From: Octopus vulgaris
Taxonomy: Eukaryota
Assembly: GCA_951406725.2 (NCBI GenBank)
Contig: OX597820.1
Location: forward strand, 46,004,001 to 46,068,000
Reading direction: 5' to 3'
Length of the DNA: 64,000 nt
Shown: positions 13,145-28,249 of the stretch, piece after piece
How the letters are laid out: each line of letters begins with the position of its first letter
How positions within the stretch are numbered: position 1 is the first letter of the stretch
Translations under genes and position numbers: made by a program
Notes under the pieces: model-generated
Told to the model about the DNA's origin: nothing
What the model saw: only the letters and a program-made list of their open reading frames with translations
Databases searched by the model: none

Positions 13145-13299
13145 GAGTGGCTGTGTGGTAAATAGCTTGTTTACCAGCCACATGGTTCCGGGTTCAGAGC
13201 CACTGCTTGGCACTTTGGGCAAATGTCTTCTACTATAGCCTCGGGTCGACCAAAGCCTTGTGAGTGGATTTGGTGGACGGAAACTGAAAGAAGCCCGTA

Positions 13300-13364
<65 letters not shown>

Positions 13365-13365
13365 T

Positions 13366-13405
<40 letters not shown>

Positions 13406-13565
13406 TTGTGTCTGTGTTTGTCCCCCCAACATCGCTTGACAACTGATGGTGGTGTGTTTACGTCCCCGTAACTTAGCGGTTCGGCAAAAGAGTCCGATAG
13501 AGTTAGTACTAGGCTTACAAAAAATAAGTCCTGGGGTCGATTTGCTCGACAAAAGGCGGTGCTTC
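13145..13565 (+). mobile_element. SINE family A with internal (TA)n(TG)n
   Basis: Same head, body and tail as 5863-6300. Confidence 0.9.
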
Positions 13566-13577
13566 AGGAGCTGACAG

Positions 13578-13630
<53 letters not shown>

Positions 13631-13935
13631 GCCATTTCTGTCATCTCGCTACTACTTGGGCATCTGAAGCAATTAGTGAAAGCAAGGTGCATGCTACCAC
13701 TTGCTTGCAATTATTGATTTGCATAATGGAATATCAATCTTGGAGATTCTGTTTTTGATTCTGGAAATTATCTACCCATCTCAAAATGCCAACATTTGGT
13801 CTAATCTTTCTGGAATTGGATATGATTTTAATAAATCACAAGTTTATCTCGTATGTTATTTAATGCATTCTGATTTGTGTTTTTTTAATTAAATACATAT
13901 CACTGGTCACTGAGGTTTTTCGCTTAGCTTATTTT

Positions 13936-14092
13936 CGTGGCTGTATGGTACGAAGTTTGTTTCTCAACTATATTGTTCCGAGTTCAATCTCACTGCGTGG
14001 CAGCTTGGGCAGGTGTCTTCTACTATAGCTTCGAGCCGACTACAACCTTGTGAATGGATTTGGTAAATGGAAACTGTAAGAAGCCCGTCGTA

Positions 14093-14139
<47 letters not shown>

Positions 14140-14141
14140 AT

Positions 14142-14178
<37 letters not shown>

Positions 14179-14220
14179 TGTGTGTGTGTGTGTGTGTACG
14201 TTTGGTGTATATGTTTGCCA
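13936..14220 (+). mobile_element. SINE family A, 5' part
   Basis: cgtggctgtatggtacgaag...gaaactgtaagaagcccgtcg then (TA)n. Confidence 0.75.
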
Positions 14221-14349
14221 CGGTGAGTAGGAAATAATGTCGCTAAGTATTATGTCCGGCGCGGTAAAGATTCTGCCAGCTTGAAGCCTTAAACCTCTTA
14301 ATATTAAAATGTGCTGAACATTGATTTCAAAGTTTGACACAAGGACACC

Positions 14350-14545
14350 AGTTTTGAGAGAGGAAGCAAATTGACTACATTGACCCCCACCTCCCCATTA
14401 CTCATGGGGTACTTTTTTTTACTCGACCTCGAAAGGATGAACGTCAGAGCCGACCTCGGCGGAATTTGAACTCAGTACATGAAGACGGGCGACATGCCGC
14501 TAAGCATTTAGCCTAGTATGCTAACGTTTCTGCCAGCTTGTCACC
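14350..14545 (-). mobile_element. SINE family B, diverged
   Basis: cgaaaggatgaacgtcagagccgacctcggcggaatttgaactcag...ctaacgtttctgccagc. Confidence 0.75.
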
Positions 14546-15732
14546 TTTAAACTCCTTAATATTAAAAAGTGATGTATATTAAAATACATATGCATGTTTG
14601 TCCTAAATATTAGACGTCTTCCACATAACGATAAAAGGTCTATAGCACGAAATGTCGCATCTTTTCAGCTGTTCACAGCTATCACATATTTTTAGACTAA
14701 CACTCTTCTACTTGGATTAATTGTTGCCAGGACATACTGTCTCTGGGTTTCTGTAGGTTGCAAAACTGGCAGAGTTTTAGGAATGTCGAACAGAAAACTT
14801 TGCAATACTTATTCCATTTCTCAGCGCCCTGTGTTCAAATTCACCCCTCCTCCAAATTAACATTGCGTTTCATATATAAAGTAGTCAAGTATTGAAACTG
14901 ATTATTATCTGACTTTCTGATCCCTCCCAATCTCTTTCTCTGTCTCTGCCTATCTCTCCCTCCCTCTGTCGGAATCGGCTACTTTACCTTGAGAAGGTAT
15001 CGTGGTGGATAACTCACAACGTCTCTTTTTCTTCCTGGAATTGGAGAAAGATTCAGAGATGGATTGCAACCATTTCTGAAAAAAAAATCACATATGCGAC
15101 ACAGGGTCTTTTTAATGGTATTATGACCTACCCACTGGGCAAAGCAATGCATTAGGGATTTAATGTTGGATTATTGGGGATCACTAATCCGTGTGGCTCC
15201 GGGCAACTATCCAGTATGTACATGTTTTAAGGTAATAATGTTGTTCAAGCCGTTTAAGCGCATATCAATGTGCAATACCGTACGAAACGGAAATAAAGAA
15301 GAAAAATAAGAATCAATTATCTATTGTATTATAATAGAAGAGTTTATAGTTCCGTCTGAATGAGCGAAAGAGACAGAGATAAAAATAATGAGTGACTTTG
15401 AGACAGAAAAAGAGATAGAGACGGAAACAGCCCCCACTTAGAATCATAACAAATGCACCTTTGTAGTGTCTTGTTTCTATCTCAACAACTTATTAGTTTT
15501 CCAAAACAATGCTCCAGTCAAAAGGACTCTTTTTAATACATATTTATTCTTACAAGGCATATGACCAGTTTTAGCAGGGAGAGAGGGTGGGTAGAGGTAG
15601 AGTCAATTCAAGCAACTCTCTCTCCACTTCATTTGAAATGCATTTTTGTACGGCGGGCGTAATAGTGTCTTTGGACTATTGATGCTTTCTGTAGAATTCA
15701 CATTGTCACTTACATTTGAACCAGATCTCAGC

Positions 15733-15763
<31 letters not shown>

Positions 15764-15855
15764 TGTATGTATGTATGTATGTATGTATGTATGTATGTAT
15801 GTATGTATGTATGTATGTATGTATGTATGTATGTATGTATATATGTATGTATGTC

Positions 15856-17560
15856 TTCTATTTTTTTAATGATTATAAATCTTCTACTCAGGAGGGAGCC
15901 GGTTTCCAACATGTATGTATGTGTGTGTGTTCCTTTCTGTTTTTAATTATATGAATTTTTCTAACAAAGACGCAAATCTCCATAGTTGGAATATAGATAA
16001 CTAGCACAATGTCACATTTTGTACTTGAATAAGTCTTGCATATTTTAACTCTTCCGCTGACAGATTGTATTCGTAATGAGCGTGTTACCTGGTTGTTTTG
16101 TTTAATCCTAACCTTTTTGGATTGTTATTTAGGCCTTTACTAACATAACCAAATGCACGGGTATAGAAACTGAAGGTTGCGAAGCAACTGTCCATGGTTA
16201 TCCTTTTTCTCTTTGATTCTCGAAGAGATATTCACATCAACATAGCAGCTAACCGCTATGACGGTACATATTTTTTCTTGTATATCCAAAAAAATTGCAC
16301 CCAACCTGTTTTGTTTGCATTTGGTAGGAGTTTTGATTGGAATGTTCCATAATATTCCTTGTGTTGATGTTTATGTATGTATTCAATAACAGAGGATTCT
16401 GTATATTTATTACAAGAACAGTACATTTCTCTGCTGGCAATGTACATTGTTTTCGCAACAGCTTCGTGTCGAATAAGAAGATGGAGGTAGTACCTTGATG
16501 ACATTTTTGGGCAGTTGCTGGTCACATGTATGGTGTCTTCCAGAAATACATTTTCGGCTGCATCTTGAGGCTCCAGGGGTTTCACTGTCTCTTTGTTTCA
16601 TTAGGTATTTTGTAGCAATCTCCTGGTTTTCATAACCTTCGAAATGTGATATAGCGGTAGCGAATTCAAGAAATCCTGCACTTCATGTGGATATTAGTGT
16701 CATCTTCAAGTTCGTCAAGGAAACACACCCTTGCAGAGTATTTCTGTTTTTGGTCTGCTGAGCATTTCACATCCATGTCCTCTTTCAGGTATTTTATTCC
16801 TGCTGTTTTTGGGTTGTATGGAAGGTTACAAGAAAGTATTTCTCGAGGAGCTCACTGCAGACTCGCTGGATGTTGTTCTCTTCACTTTTCGGAATCAGGT
16901 TTATATATTTACTTATGCTGCTGTTGTTTAGTAGGAGCAGTCTCAGAGATGCTATATGGCATTCGAAAACCGCATTGATTTCAAGCCTGTATCTATAACG
17001 TTTTTTTTAATTCTTAGACAGAACCTGTCAATATCATTGTCTCTGAGGAAATTGATGTCCGGATCTAACGAATTTTAATGTCTATGAAGTGGATTCCCTC
17101 TGCGGATCAGTTAAGTATTTTTAATGCATTGGTACTGCATTGAGGGAGATTATTTTATAAGAGGAGAGCGCCGGCTGCCGTATTTTCTAAGTTTGGTCTA
17201 ATATTCTCGAGTCATCCAATCTTTGTTTCCCTTTTCATCAATGCCTAGTTATTTGCAGCATTCTTTGTGTGAAACTGGGGAGAAAGAGAGAACGATGTGT
17301 ATAGGTTTTGGATTTGACGGCAACTGATTTTCCACGTTCAACAGTCAAATATGAACACTTCTGGTCAAATCACGTTCCTGTGTCTGTTGAAAGTGTCGGT
17401 ATTATCTCTATTTTTTTTGCTTATTTTGACATTGTAAACATTTGATGCATAGATCTTCAGGTCATCCACAAGAAAAAAAAATATGAGCTACATCGGTATC
17501 TCTAGCAGTTGCAAACTCTAGAATATAGCCACTGGATTTTGTAAAAGAAATGATATATAT
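15856..17560 (-). pseudogene. 3' part of an RLE-type non-LTR retrotransposon (R4/Dong-like): CCHC knuckle plus restriction-like endonuclease
   Basis: Minus strand SHFEGY..QEIATKYL, C..C...EDTIHVTSNCPKMSSRYY..RHEAVAK, KEYYWNIPIKT...DVNI..RIKEK, with frameshifts; the 3' end abuts (CATA)n. 5' boundary approximate. Confidence 0.7.
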
Positions 17561-17899
17561 GATATTTTTATTTTTAATGACAAAATAAACAGAATTACAG
17601 AAAGTCTATTTCTTTGGAGTATTCCTTTTGAAATATTTAAATACATATAAGGTCGGAGACGATCGTTCCTCTCTCAGCTATAAGTCTCAAGATTGTTGTC
17701 CGGGGTTTGTGAGCCCCTCGATGGCAGTCGTTAAGGTAGTAGGTACTTTTGCCAAGTGGGAAATAAAGTAGACTGCTTTCCTTTCTGCAGCGTTTTCTTA
17801 CTTTGGACAGTACAGGTTTGATTATCAAAAGCATATAAGGACACCCCACATTCCCTTATTTCTATATCATTGGACTAACAATGATTTAGAATGTATTTA

Positions 17900-18870
17900 T
17901 GATATTATTCGCTTTTATTTCTAGATTACTTGCCAATAGAGAATGAGTCAGTTTCTAACCTAGATCCAAGGTTCGTTCATTGGAATTTTAACCAACATCA
18001 ACAACGTATTTGTGCATGCTTGTGTGTACATATGCAATAACTGAAATCTGCATGTGGAGATTTCTATATTTTCTTTTATGTCTGTATTTTCATGCATATA
18101 GTTGCATGTGAAGATGTATGCATATATACTTAAATGCTAAACGTCTGAAAGTTTAACAAATTTTGGCAATTCCATTGATGGTATCTTCTAATTAGCTTTC
18201 TCCTTTCTGATTTTGAAAAGATTGGTGATTAGGCAGTTTGTTATACATCCTAGTTCCCCAATGAATACAGGTATAAATCTTTCTTGATAGTTCACAGCAG
18301 GTGCTTTCTTCTTCTCTGATCTTCACTTTATATTGACATCCGCTGGTTTCCACTACTGAACATAGTTTTCCTTCTGAGCCCCAAATCGCTATGTCTGGTT
18401 CGTAATTTATTGAGGTTACACTGTGACATTCTGCCAGTACTCTTTCATATTATGAGTGGCTATGGCATCTACCTTAACTTTTTGGTGCTTATCTTTTAGG
18501 GGCCTCAGTATTACCTTCTTGGCCTCAGTATTATCTTCTTGGCCTCAGTATTACCCTTTCCACGGATCTCATTGTAAAGTGTCTTGGCTACATCATGTCT
18601 CATCGGTAGATGACATTTTTTGGTCAGTTGCTTATGATGTAGGTGTTATCTTCGGTGTTAACTTCACAAAGTCTGCATCGGTTATCACAGTATGGTGTTT
18701 TTTCTGCGTCTCTGTCCTTTTTGTGCATCGAGAATTTGGTTGCTATCTCCTGTTCCTGGATTGCATATACATACTCTTAAAAGTGAGTTAGTGATCAGGC
18801 TGTTGTACTAAGATAGACTGCTTTGACTATCAATGTTATTCTCATCCGGGATCTTTCTGCTAACATATCC
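17900..18870 (-). pseudogene. Second R4/Dong-like 3' fragment
   Basis: Minus strand QEQEIATKF..RCRLCEVNTEDNTYIISN..RHDVAKTLYNEIR..KEYWQNV..EPDIAIW..FIPVFIGELG. Confidence 0.75.
18501..18560. repeat. 20 bp tandem triplication (ggcctcagtattaccttctt)
   Basis: Three adjacent near-identical copies inside the LINE relic. Confidence 0.9.
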
Positions 18871-18878
18871 ATGCATAC

Positions 18879-18909
<31 letters not shown>

Positions 18910-18965
18910 TGTATGTATGTATGTATGTATGTATGTATGTATGTATGTATGTATGTATGTATGTA

Positions 18966-19001
<36 letters not shown>

Positions 19002-19640
19002 TGTATGTATGTATGTATGTATGTACACACGTATATGTAGAGGAAGGGTAATGTTTCTTAAGCTTGTATGCTGTTGGAAGAAGAGCTTCTCTAGTGTTTG
19101 GTCCCTGCTCTCCTCTGACTAGGTAGTCCTATTATCAAACCTATTCTAGCCACGGCCGTCCCGTCCTTCCCTTGAGCCTTGTAATATTTAGGATAGCAGT
19201 TTCCGATGCATTCCTCTTTTTCCACGAAAGCAGGATGTAATTCGTGGAAGATTTGGCTGCTATTTCTAGCAGGACGTTTTACGACAAAAAGAAACAAAAA
19301 ACTAATAAACAAACAAACAAAAAAACAAACACTCAAACAGAAAACTTCCTCGTTGGATCGTAATAACAGGTGTTGGATCGTAATAAAGTATTTTCAAACA
19401 ATAAAAATGTCTGATTCTGACTTATGTGCCTATCAGTTATAAATATACCGCAGGGCATCTCGGCCAACTTTCTAGCAGTCCCTCCAACTCACCACTGTAA
19501 ACTGGAACTTTTAAAATGTTTTTTGTTTGTTTTTTACCATCTCTAAACAGAGGAAATACAAAGTTAATCACGGTAAGATTTGAACCGAGAAGGGAGACAG
19601 TCCAAACAAATAGTGCGAGGTATTTTACTCGGCGCTATAA

Positions 19641-19642
<2 letters not shown>

Positions 19643-19671
<29 letters not shown>

Positions 19672-19830
19672 CTTCTTCTTCTTCTTCTTCTTCTTCTTCT
19701 TCTTCTTCTTCTTCTTCTTCTTCTTCTTCTTCTTCTCCTCCTCCTCCTCCTTCTTCTTCTTCTTCTTCTTCTTCTTCTTCTTCTTCTTCTTCTTCTTCTT
19801 CTTCTTCTTCTCCTCCATTCCTCCTCCTTC
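19643..19830. repeat. (CTT)n/(CCT)n microsatellite
   Basis: Directly visible. Confidence 0.95.
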
Positions 19831-20013
19831 TTCGTATTCTTATTCTCCTCCTCCCTTCCTCACCTTTTCAAAAGCGCAATAGAAGACAATAAAAGATTCG
19901 GACAGATGGACGATACGAAGGTGGAGAAATAAGTCTTGGGGTCGATTTGCTCTACAAAAGGCGGTGCCCCAGCATGGCCTCAGTCAATGACTGAAACAAG
20001 TAACAGAATAAAA

Positions 20014-20071
<58 letters not shown>

Positions 20072-20280
20072 AGCTTGTAAGTCAGGCTCAAGAATGGCAA
20101 TAAAAACGAAATCAAAAACAAAAGACTTCGAAATGTGAAAAAGCAAATAAACAAAATCGAATAAATACAAAGTATTCCATATTGATGAAATGGTCAATGT
20201 GTAAGTAAACTTTTAATTGCGATTATCCTGCCACTAAAGGATTACAACATGCCGATGGTAATTATTTGTGGTACATAAAA

Positions 20281-20655
20281 GGCGGCGAGCTGGCAGAAAC
20301 GTTAGCACGCCGGGCGAAATGCTTAGCTGTATTTCGTCTGAGTTCAAATTCCGCCGAGGTCGACTTTGCCTTTCATCCTTTCGGGGTCGAGTACCAGTCA
20401 CGCACTGGGATCGATATAATCGACTTAATCCGTTTGTCTGTCCTTGTTTGTCCTCTCTGTGTTTAGCCCCTTGTGGGTAGTAAAGAAATAGGTATTTCGT
20501 CTGCCGCTACGTTCATAGTTCAAATTCCGCCTAGATCGACTTTACTTTTCGTCCTTTCGGGGTCGCTAAATTAAGTACCAGATGCGTACTGGGGTCGATG
20601 TAATCGACTGGTCTCTCTCCCAAGATTTCGGACCTTGTGCTTAGAGTAGAAAAGA
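20281..20655 (+). mobile_element. SINE family B dimer with TSD
   Basis: ggcggcgagctggcagaaac head; body duplicated from ggtatttcgtctgccg; aattatttgtggt at 20260-20272 and 20655-20667. Confidence 0.9.
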
Positions 20656-20744
20656 ATTATTTGTGGTTTATGAAATTTTTTTTGAATCGTAGCTAGTGAG
20701 CGTGGAAAAACTGCATGACTGTGAAAAAGAAGGCGAGATATCTT

Positions 20745-21450
<706 letters not shown>

Positions 21451-21671
21451 TAAGTTAAAAGAGTTTGAGAAGCATTGAGGTAAAAGGAATACTGGGGAAT
21501 CCTGACGTAGAGCTGATAAGACTTGGATTGTCAAAGTTTGATCTCAAGACGGAAGCCACAAAACAACAGCCATAGCAACTAGTAGATACAGCAGATTAAA
21601 TCCACAGCGGTGATTCTCTTGACAGAATTGAATCTTCGCAGTCGTTTAAATCCGACTTCCCACTCATACTC

Positions 21672-21704
21672 ATCACCGTCGCCGCCAGCAGCAGCAGCAG
21701 CACC

Positions 21705-21736
<32 letters not shown>

Positions 21737-21782
21737 AGTCGTCGTCGCCGCCGCCGCCGCCGCAAACACGACGACGACGACG

Positions 21783-21814
<32 letters not shown>

Positions 21815-21845
21815 CAGCAGCAGCAGCCACAACAACAGCATCATA
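21672..21845. repeat. Compound trinucleotide array (GCC/GCA/CCA/TCA/CGA/ACA)
   Basis: Directly visible. Confidence 0.9.
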
Positions 21846-22178
21846 AACAGCCTCCCACGTTGTTTAGTCCGCTTCTATGGCTGGGAGCGCTTGCGTATTC
21901 GTGTATATATATGTTGGTGTATGTATAATGAGTGAGCGTGATTTGCATGTATATGGATATATGAGTGTGTGTGTCTATACAGGCACCCCCACACCCACAC
22001 CCACACAAAATTCTCTCACACACACACACACATATTCAAATATATATGTATTTATGTACATATATACATTCATAAATATATATATGTACATACATACATA
22101 CATGCACTTATTCATACATAAATATATGTATATATGTATATATATTATATATCATATATGCATAAATATATACTTACA

Positions 22179-22227
<49 letters not shown>

Positions 22228-23087
22228 CGAGTATACTTTGCACTTACCATCTTTCCTTCCTGAGATGTCAGTCAGGATGTCAAGAAGAACGACACAAACC
22301 CTGAATACGAGACACCACCACTACTGTATACACACCCACTAACTCACATAACCACCAATCCGACAACTATATGATGTACACGCGTAATCAACCCTGATCT
22401 ACATACAACCCATGCATACATACATACATACATACATACATACATACATACACACATACACACATTCTGACGCACACACACATATAGATACATATATAAG
22501 GATATAGATATATGTATATATAGTTATATACATATATGCACATATAGTTATATACATATATGCATATATACATTATGTATATGTGCGTGCGTGTATATAT
22601 AGATATATACATGTATGCATAATACGTACATATATACATATATGCACACGTACACGCACACACACACACACACATACACAAATCCATCCATACAAAATAT
22701 GTACATAAATGCTTACGTACACATATACACGCCTCTAATACATATCTGTGTTCGCATATGTGGGTGTGTGTATGTGTGTATGTGTGTGTGTGTTTATCTG
22801 TGTGTGTATTTGTATGTGTGTGTGTGTGTACGCGCGTATATCTGTGTGTATGTGTATCTGTGTGTGTGTGTGTAATAACCCCCAAACGGACAGGTTGTCA
22901 TTTACGATCCATTCTTTTGTGTTCTTACTATAATTCTAAATGCCACCATAGGATGGAGTAGGGGGTCACCAGGAAAAAGTCGGTCGAAATTTTGCACGTA
23001 GTAACCCCGGAGCTCAATTACACACACACACTCTCTTACACACACACACTCTCTTGCACACACACACATCCAAATATGTATGTTCAA

Positions 23088-23190
<103 letters not shown>

Positions 23191-24035
23191 CGAGGTCTGA
23201 TCAATAAGTATCCGGACTGTTGTTATAGTAACGACGCTAAAGCACGCAGAGTGAAGCTGCTTGGCACAGATTGACCTTGAACTCTGCAGTGCTTGTGCAC
23301 TAAGTTTTAACGTTCTAGCTCACTCCCGGTGTTTACAGCAGTGCTTGGAAGGAACGTGTGTAGCGTGTGATTGTCGCATTGACCAAGACAAAGTTGTCAT
23401 GGCGATACCTGCTTAGAGGCCTGCGTAAAGTTGTAGAAAGCGTACGGAAAGGAGTATATGAGCCGTATATAATTGTACGAGTGGTTCAGACGTATCCAAG
23501 ATGGCAGAAAAAAAGTCGATACTGACGAACGTTCTGGGAGACCCGCAACTTATAGAACTGAGAAAAGCATCGCAGATGTGCGTACAGCTGTGAGGGGAAA
23601 TCGTCGAATTACCATCCATGAGTTATCAGATGATTTACAGGTTAGTTACGGTTAAGTTCAGTCCATTATAAATGAAGATTAGGGTATGAGACGTGTGTCT
23701 GCCAAGGTTGTGCCAAAACTGCTTACAGCTGACCAAAGAGACGCCCAGGTTTCAGATGAAAACTTTTTGAAAACTTTGCGTAGGTCTCTGAGTAGGTATC
23801 GCCAAGCTTTTGGCAAAATTTAATGCACATTTTCTGCTCAGCCTTTTCTGTTATGGTGAATGCGACGATCACACGCTACACATCTTCCTTCTAAGCACTG
23901 CTGTAAACAGCAGAAGTTAGAACATGGTGTGCATGCACAGCAGAATTCAAGGTCAATCTATGCCAAGCGGATTCAGTTTGCATACTTTAGTTTCGTAACT
24001 ATGGTGACAGTCCGGATACTTATTGATCACACCAA
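23191..24035 (+). mobile_element. Non-autonomous mariner derivative with ~250 bp inverted arms and a transposase HTH remnant
   Basis: TIR CGAGGTCTGATCAATAAGTATCCGGACTGT and its complement; TA flanks; remnant YEWFRRIQDGRKKVDTDERSGRP...LGMRRVSAKVVPKLL. Confidence 0.9.
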
Positions 24036-24195
<160 letters not shown>

Positions 24196-25065
24196 CATAT
24201 ATCCAAATACTTTGATTCTTACATGACACGACCTCTCGAATATGTACGAATTTCAAACAAAAGCAAATGAAAGGTTAAGCTGGCCGACACTGCGAAGTTA
24301 CTGTCACCACTAGTTTGTTAAATGTATTACAAATATGTACTCGACAAAAATATTGAGTAATTCTTCTGTTTAACGTTACACTCTTTTCATTATAACACGA
24401 TATTGTAAAAAAAAACATTAATACACACACACACACTCGACACTGTAAACGAATCAAAATTTACTAAAATTTGAACGTTCACAAATTGCGGGCTTCCAGT
24501 CAATTAATACTTTGTATTTCGCTTACAAGTAGGTTGTTGTTTTGATATTATTCATCTATAGCTTTTGTGTCAGTAAATCATACTACACAAACGACACTCA
24601 ATTCATCTCCATAACGATAGCGGTTTTGTTGAACGTACGCATTCAGAGAAGGATCGAACGAGAGAGTTCAACGGTTGAATGCATTGTCGAAGATAAATAC
24701 GCCACTATGTATTCATGCACTCGACTTTTGAAGACTGGTATTCTGCTAAGATGATTTCAATTTTCGCTCGAGGAAATTTGTTCCGTTTAGATATAAAAAA
24801 AAAAAAAAACGAGTGCTAAAAAATATAAAAGTATTACCCAAATGTGTGGGTTTTGGCTTTGAGAATTGGTCATGATTCCACCTTTACACATCAACTATTG
24901 AAATAAGAATATTCGTAGATTAATGCATTCATGTACTGTACGGATAAATGTGTGTTGTATCACCTGTATAATCCATAAGTTTTGTGTGGGAAAGCTATAT
25001 TGCTTTTTTTTTTTTTGTACTTGTTTCAGTCATTTGACTGCGGCCATGCTGGAGCACCGCCTTTA

Positions 25066-25232
25066 GAGTGGTGAAAGAGTACAGCAGGGATTACCACCAT
25101 CCCCTGCCGGAGCATCGTGGAGCTTTTAGGTGTTTTCGCTCAATAAACACACACAACGCCCGGTTTGGGAATCGAAACCGCGATCCTCCGACCGCAAGTC
25201 CGCTGCCCTAACCACTGGGCCATTGCGCCTCC
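25066..25232 (-). mobile_element. SINE family D, 5' part, abutting a family A tail
   Basis: Near-identical to 54828-54992 (ggaggcgcaatggcccagtggttaggg on minus). Confidence 0.85.
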
Positions 25233-25551
25233 GGGAATTGCTTGTGGGAATTGCTAATAAACGTGACATCTGTTTGACTATAATTGATTTTACATTCGTA
25301 CTACTTAATTTTTTAGCTGTTGCCCACATGTTTAATGTATCTTATTCATTCATATATTTATTTATTTATTTATTTATCATCATCATCATCATCATCATCA
25401 TTGTTATTACTGTTGTTGTTATTATTGTACACCCACACATACACACACGTACACAAAAATATATGTACATACACACACTCATATACACACTCACTCATAC
25501 ATACACTCACTCATACACACACACACAAACTCTCTCTCTCTCTCTCTCTCC

Positions 25552-25585
<34 letters not shown>

Positions 25586-25586
<1 letters not shown>

Positions 25587-25736
25587 GTGGCTGTGTAGTA
25601 AGTAGCTTGCTTACCAACCACATGGTTCCGTGTTCATTCCCACTGCGTGGCACCTTGAGCAAATGTCTTCTACTATAGACTCGGGCCGACCAAAGCTTTG
25701 TGAGTGGATTTGGTACGGAAACTGAAAGAAGCCCGT

Positions 25737-25807
<71 letters not shown>

Positions 25808-26012
25808 ATGTTTGTGTGTCTGTGTTTGTCCCCCCAACATCACTTGACAACCGATGGTGGTGTGGTTACTTTCCGGTAACATCGCGGCTCGGCAAAGAGA
25901 CAAATAGAATAAGTACTAGGCTTCCAAAGAATAAGTCCTGGGACGATTTGCTCGACTAAAAGGCGGTGCTCCAGTATGGCCGCAGTCAGATGACTGAAAC
26001 GAGTAAAAGAGA
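25586..26012 (+). mobile_element. SINE family A with internal (TA)n
   Basis: Same architecture as 5863-6300. Confidence 0.9.
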
Positions 26013-26358
26013 ATATATATATATATATATATTAATAAATAAAATAAAACATATGCACATATATAAACATATATGTACGTACCTACCTCTACATGTACAT
26101 ATTGACGCATATATGAGTACAGGACACCAAAAGGACGTCGAACACAATGAGAAACGAAAACATAGACACAAACCAAAGGAACTGGACATTTATTTAAAAA
26201 CAGCAAAAACATAGAGTACAGGACAATTAACACAAAGAAAAAAAACCCTTCTTCAGTCGCTAAAGGTTTCATCTACTCTACGTTTCGAAGGATATAATAG
26301 AAATATTAAAATTACTAAGTCTCTCTAAAGGAGATTACGGCAGCGTTACTGGAAATTA

Positions 26359-26456
26359 ATAGTTATCGCCATACTTATATGGCAGTCTTATAAATATAAG
26401 ACTAAAGTTTTAGTCTTATATTTATAAGACTGCCATATAAGTATGGTAATAACTAT
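26359..26456. repeat. Long palindrome (48 bp arms, 2 nt spacer) with nested hairpins
   Basis: atagttatcgccatacttatatggcagtcttataaatataagactaaa-gt-tttagtcttatatttataagactgccatataagtatggtaataactat; two mismatches. Confidence 0.95.
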
Positions 26457-26670
26457 ATATATATATATATCTGTCTCTCTCTCTCTCTCACACACACAAA
26501 CATACACATGTAATAAGCAGAAAACATGCATGGTGTTAAGTGCTTGGCAGGACATATTCGGCGAGCTTCATCAGTTATAGAAACACCATGCAATCCTTCT
26601 CCACACCCCGCCGCCAACAGTATCACGCAGGAAATACAACGATATATTTGAAAGCTTTTACTATATAAAA

Positions 26671-26870
26671 TGTGACCTCGTGTGTACCGTTGGCGATTTT
26701 TTTCCTCTGTCTTCCCTTCTCTGGATCTTTCCTTCTCCTATGTTTCCGACGAAGAGCTCCGCTCGAAACCTTAAACCCTCCTTCTTTCTTGAGCGTCCAA
26801 TAATACTATATTTGTTCCACGTCCTCGCGTTGTTGTGTTTTCTTTTTGTATTTTCTTGTTTGGATTAACT
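26671..26870 (+). mobile_element. Hammerhead-bearing ~200 bp element, family P1
   Basis: GTTT-CCGACGA-A-GAGC-TCC-GCTC-GAAA-CC-TT-AAAC at 26742-26776; ends TTTGGATTAAC into (TA)n; homologs at 35911, 50081 and 52068. Confidence 0.7.
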
Positions 26871-26891
26871 TTATATATATATATATATATA

Positions 26892-27421
<530 letters not shown>

Positions 27422-27504
27422 TGCTTTTGTTTTTAGTCTTGTTATTGAAGTTGATATTCTTATTACAGCTGTTTTATTAGTTATTATCATCATTGTTATT
27501 ATTA

Positions 27505-27722
27505 AGGCAGCGAGCTGGCAGAATCGTTAGCACACCAGGGAAAAAAATGCTTAGCTGCGTTTTATTCGGTTTTACGTCCTGAGTTCAATTTCCGCTGAGG
27601 TCGGCTTTGTCTGTCATCCTTTCGAAATCGATAAAAATAAGTACCAGTTGCGTACTGGTGTCGATCTGATCGATTGGCCCTCTCCCCGAAATTTCAGGCC
27701 TTATGCTTATAATAGAAAGGAT
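27505..27722 (+). mobile_element. SINE family B monomer
   Basis: aggcagcgagctggcagaatcgttagc...atagaaaggattatt. Confidence 0.85.
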
Positions 27723-28249
27723 TATTATTGTTATTGATGTTGTCATTTTAGCTTGCTTAATTGTTTTCGTTGATGTTATCGACGTTGTAGTATTGTTCCT
27801 GCACTTGATATTTAGCTATCCATAGTCAGCCATGAATGAGCAAGTAGACCTCAAACCCCATTATTTTGCCAGCCGCTAAGTAGTCCGTCATTTTAAAGAA
27901 ATAATATATCTAATACTACATTATTTTACGTGTCCTTTCTTTTCTAGAAAGCTAGGATAGGAGACGAAATAAATTGGCTGCTATTTCTTGTAGGTTCAAT
28001 GATCACATGCAGTTCCCTCATAGGCTTGTCATTGTTTTGCAGTTGTGACTTGGAATTGTTGGCAATAATACCGTTGATGTTAGTCTCATTATAGCTGCTG
28101 TGGTTGTTATTGCTATTGTTGTTGTTGTTGTTGCTATTTCCGTTGTTGTTGTTGTTGATCCTGTTCTTATTGCTTTTGTAGTTTTGTTGTTGCGGTTGTT
28201 GTAACTGTTACTATTGCCGTCACTGTTGCGATTATTGTTGCTGTTGCTC

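Noticed and set aside
18501-18560. 20 bp direct repeats resembling a CRISPR array
   Set aside because: No spacers, eukaryotic context, and located inside a LINE relic; a simple tandem triplication.
21579-21844. Ala/Gly/Asp-rich ORFs resembling a transcription-factor exon
   Set aside because: Compound trinucleotide microsatellite; no splice-supported unique coding context.
26118-26293. Minus-strand CGAAACGTA and CTGAAGAAGGG as a hammerhead
   Set aside because: The halves are in the wrong order with no closing stem II; possibly a Penelope relic but not supportable.
26545-26578. Minus-strand CTGATGA-AGCTCGCC-GAATA
   Set aside because: No stable stem II or stem I and GAAA is broken.
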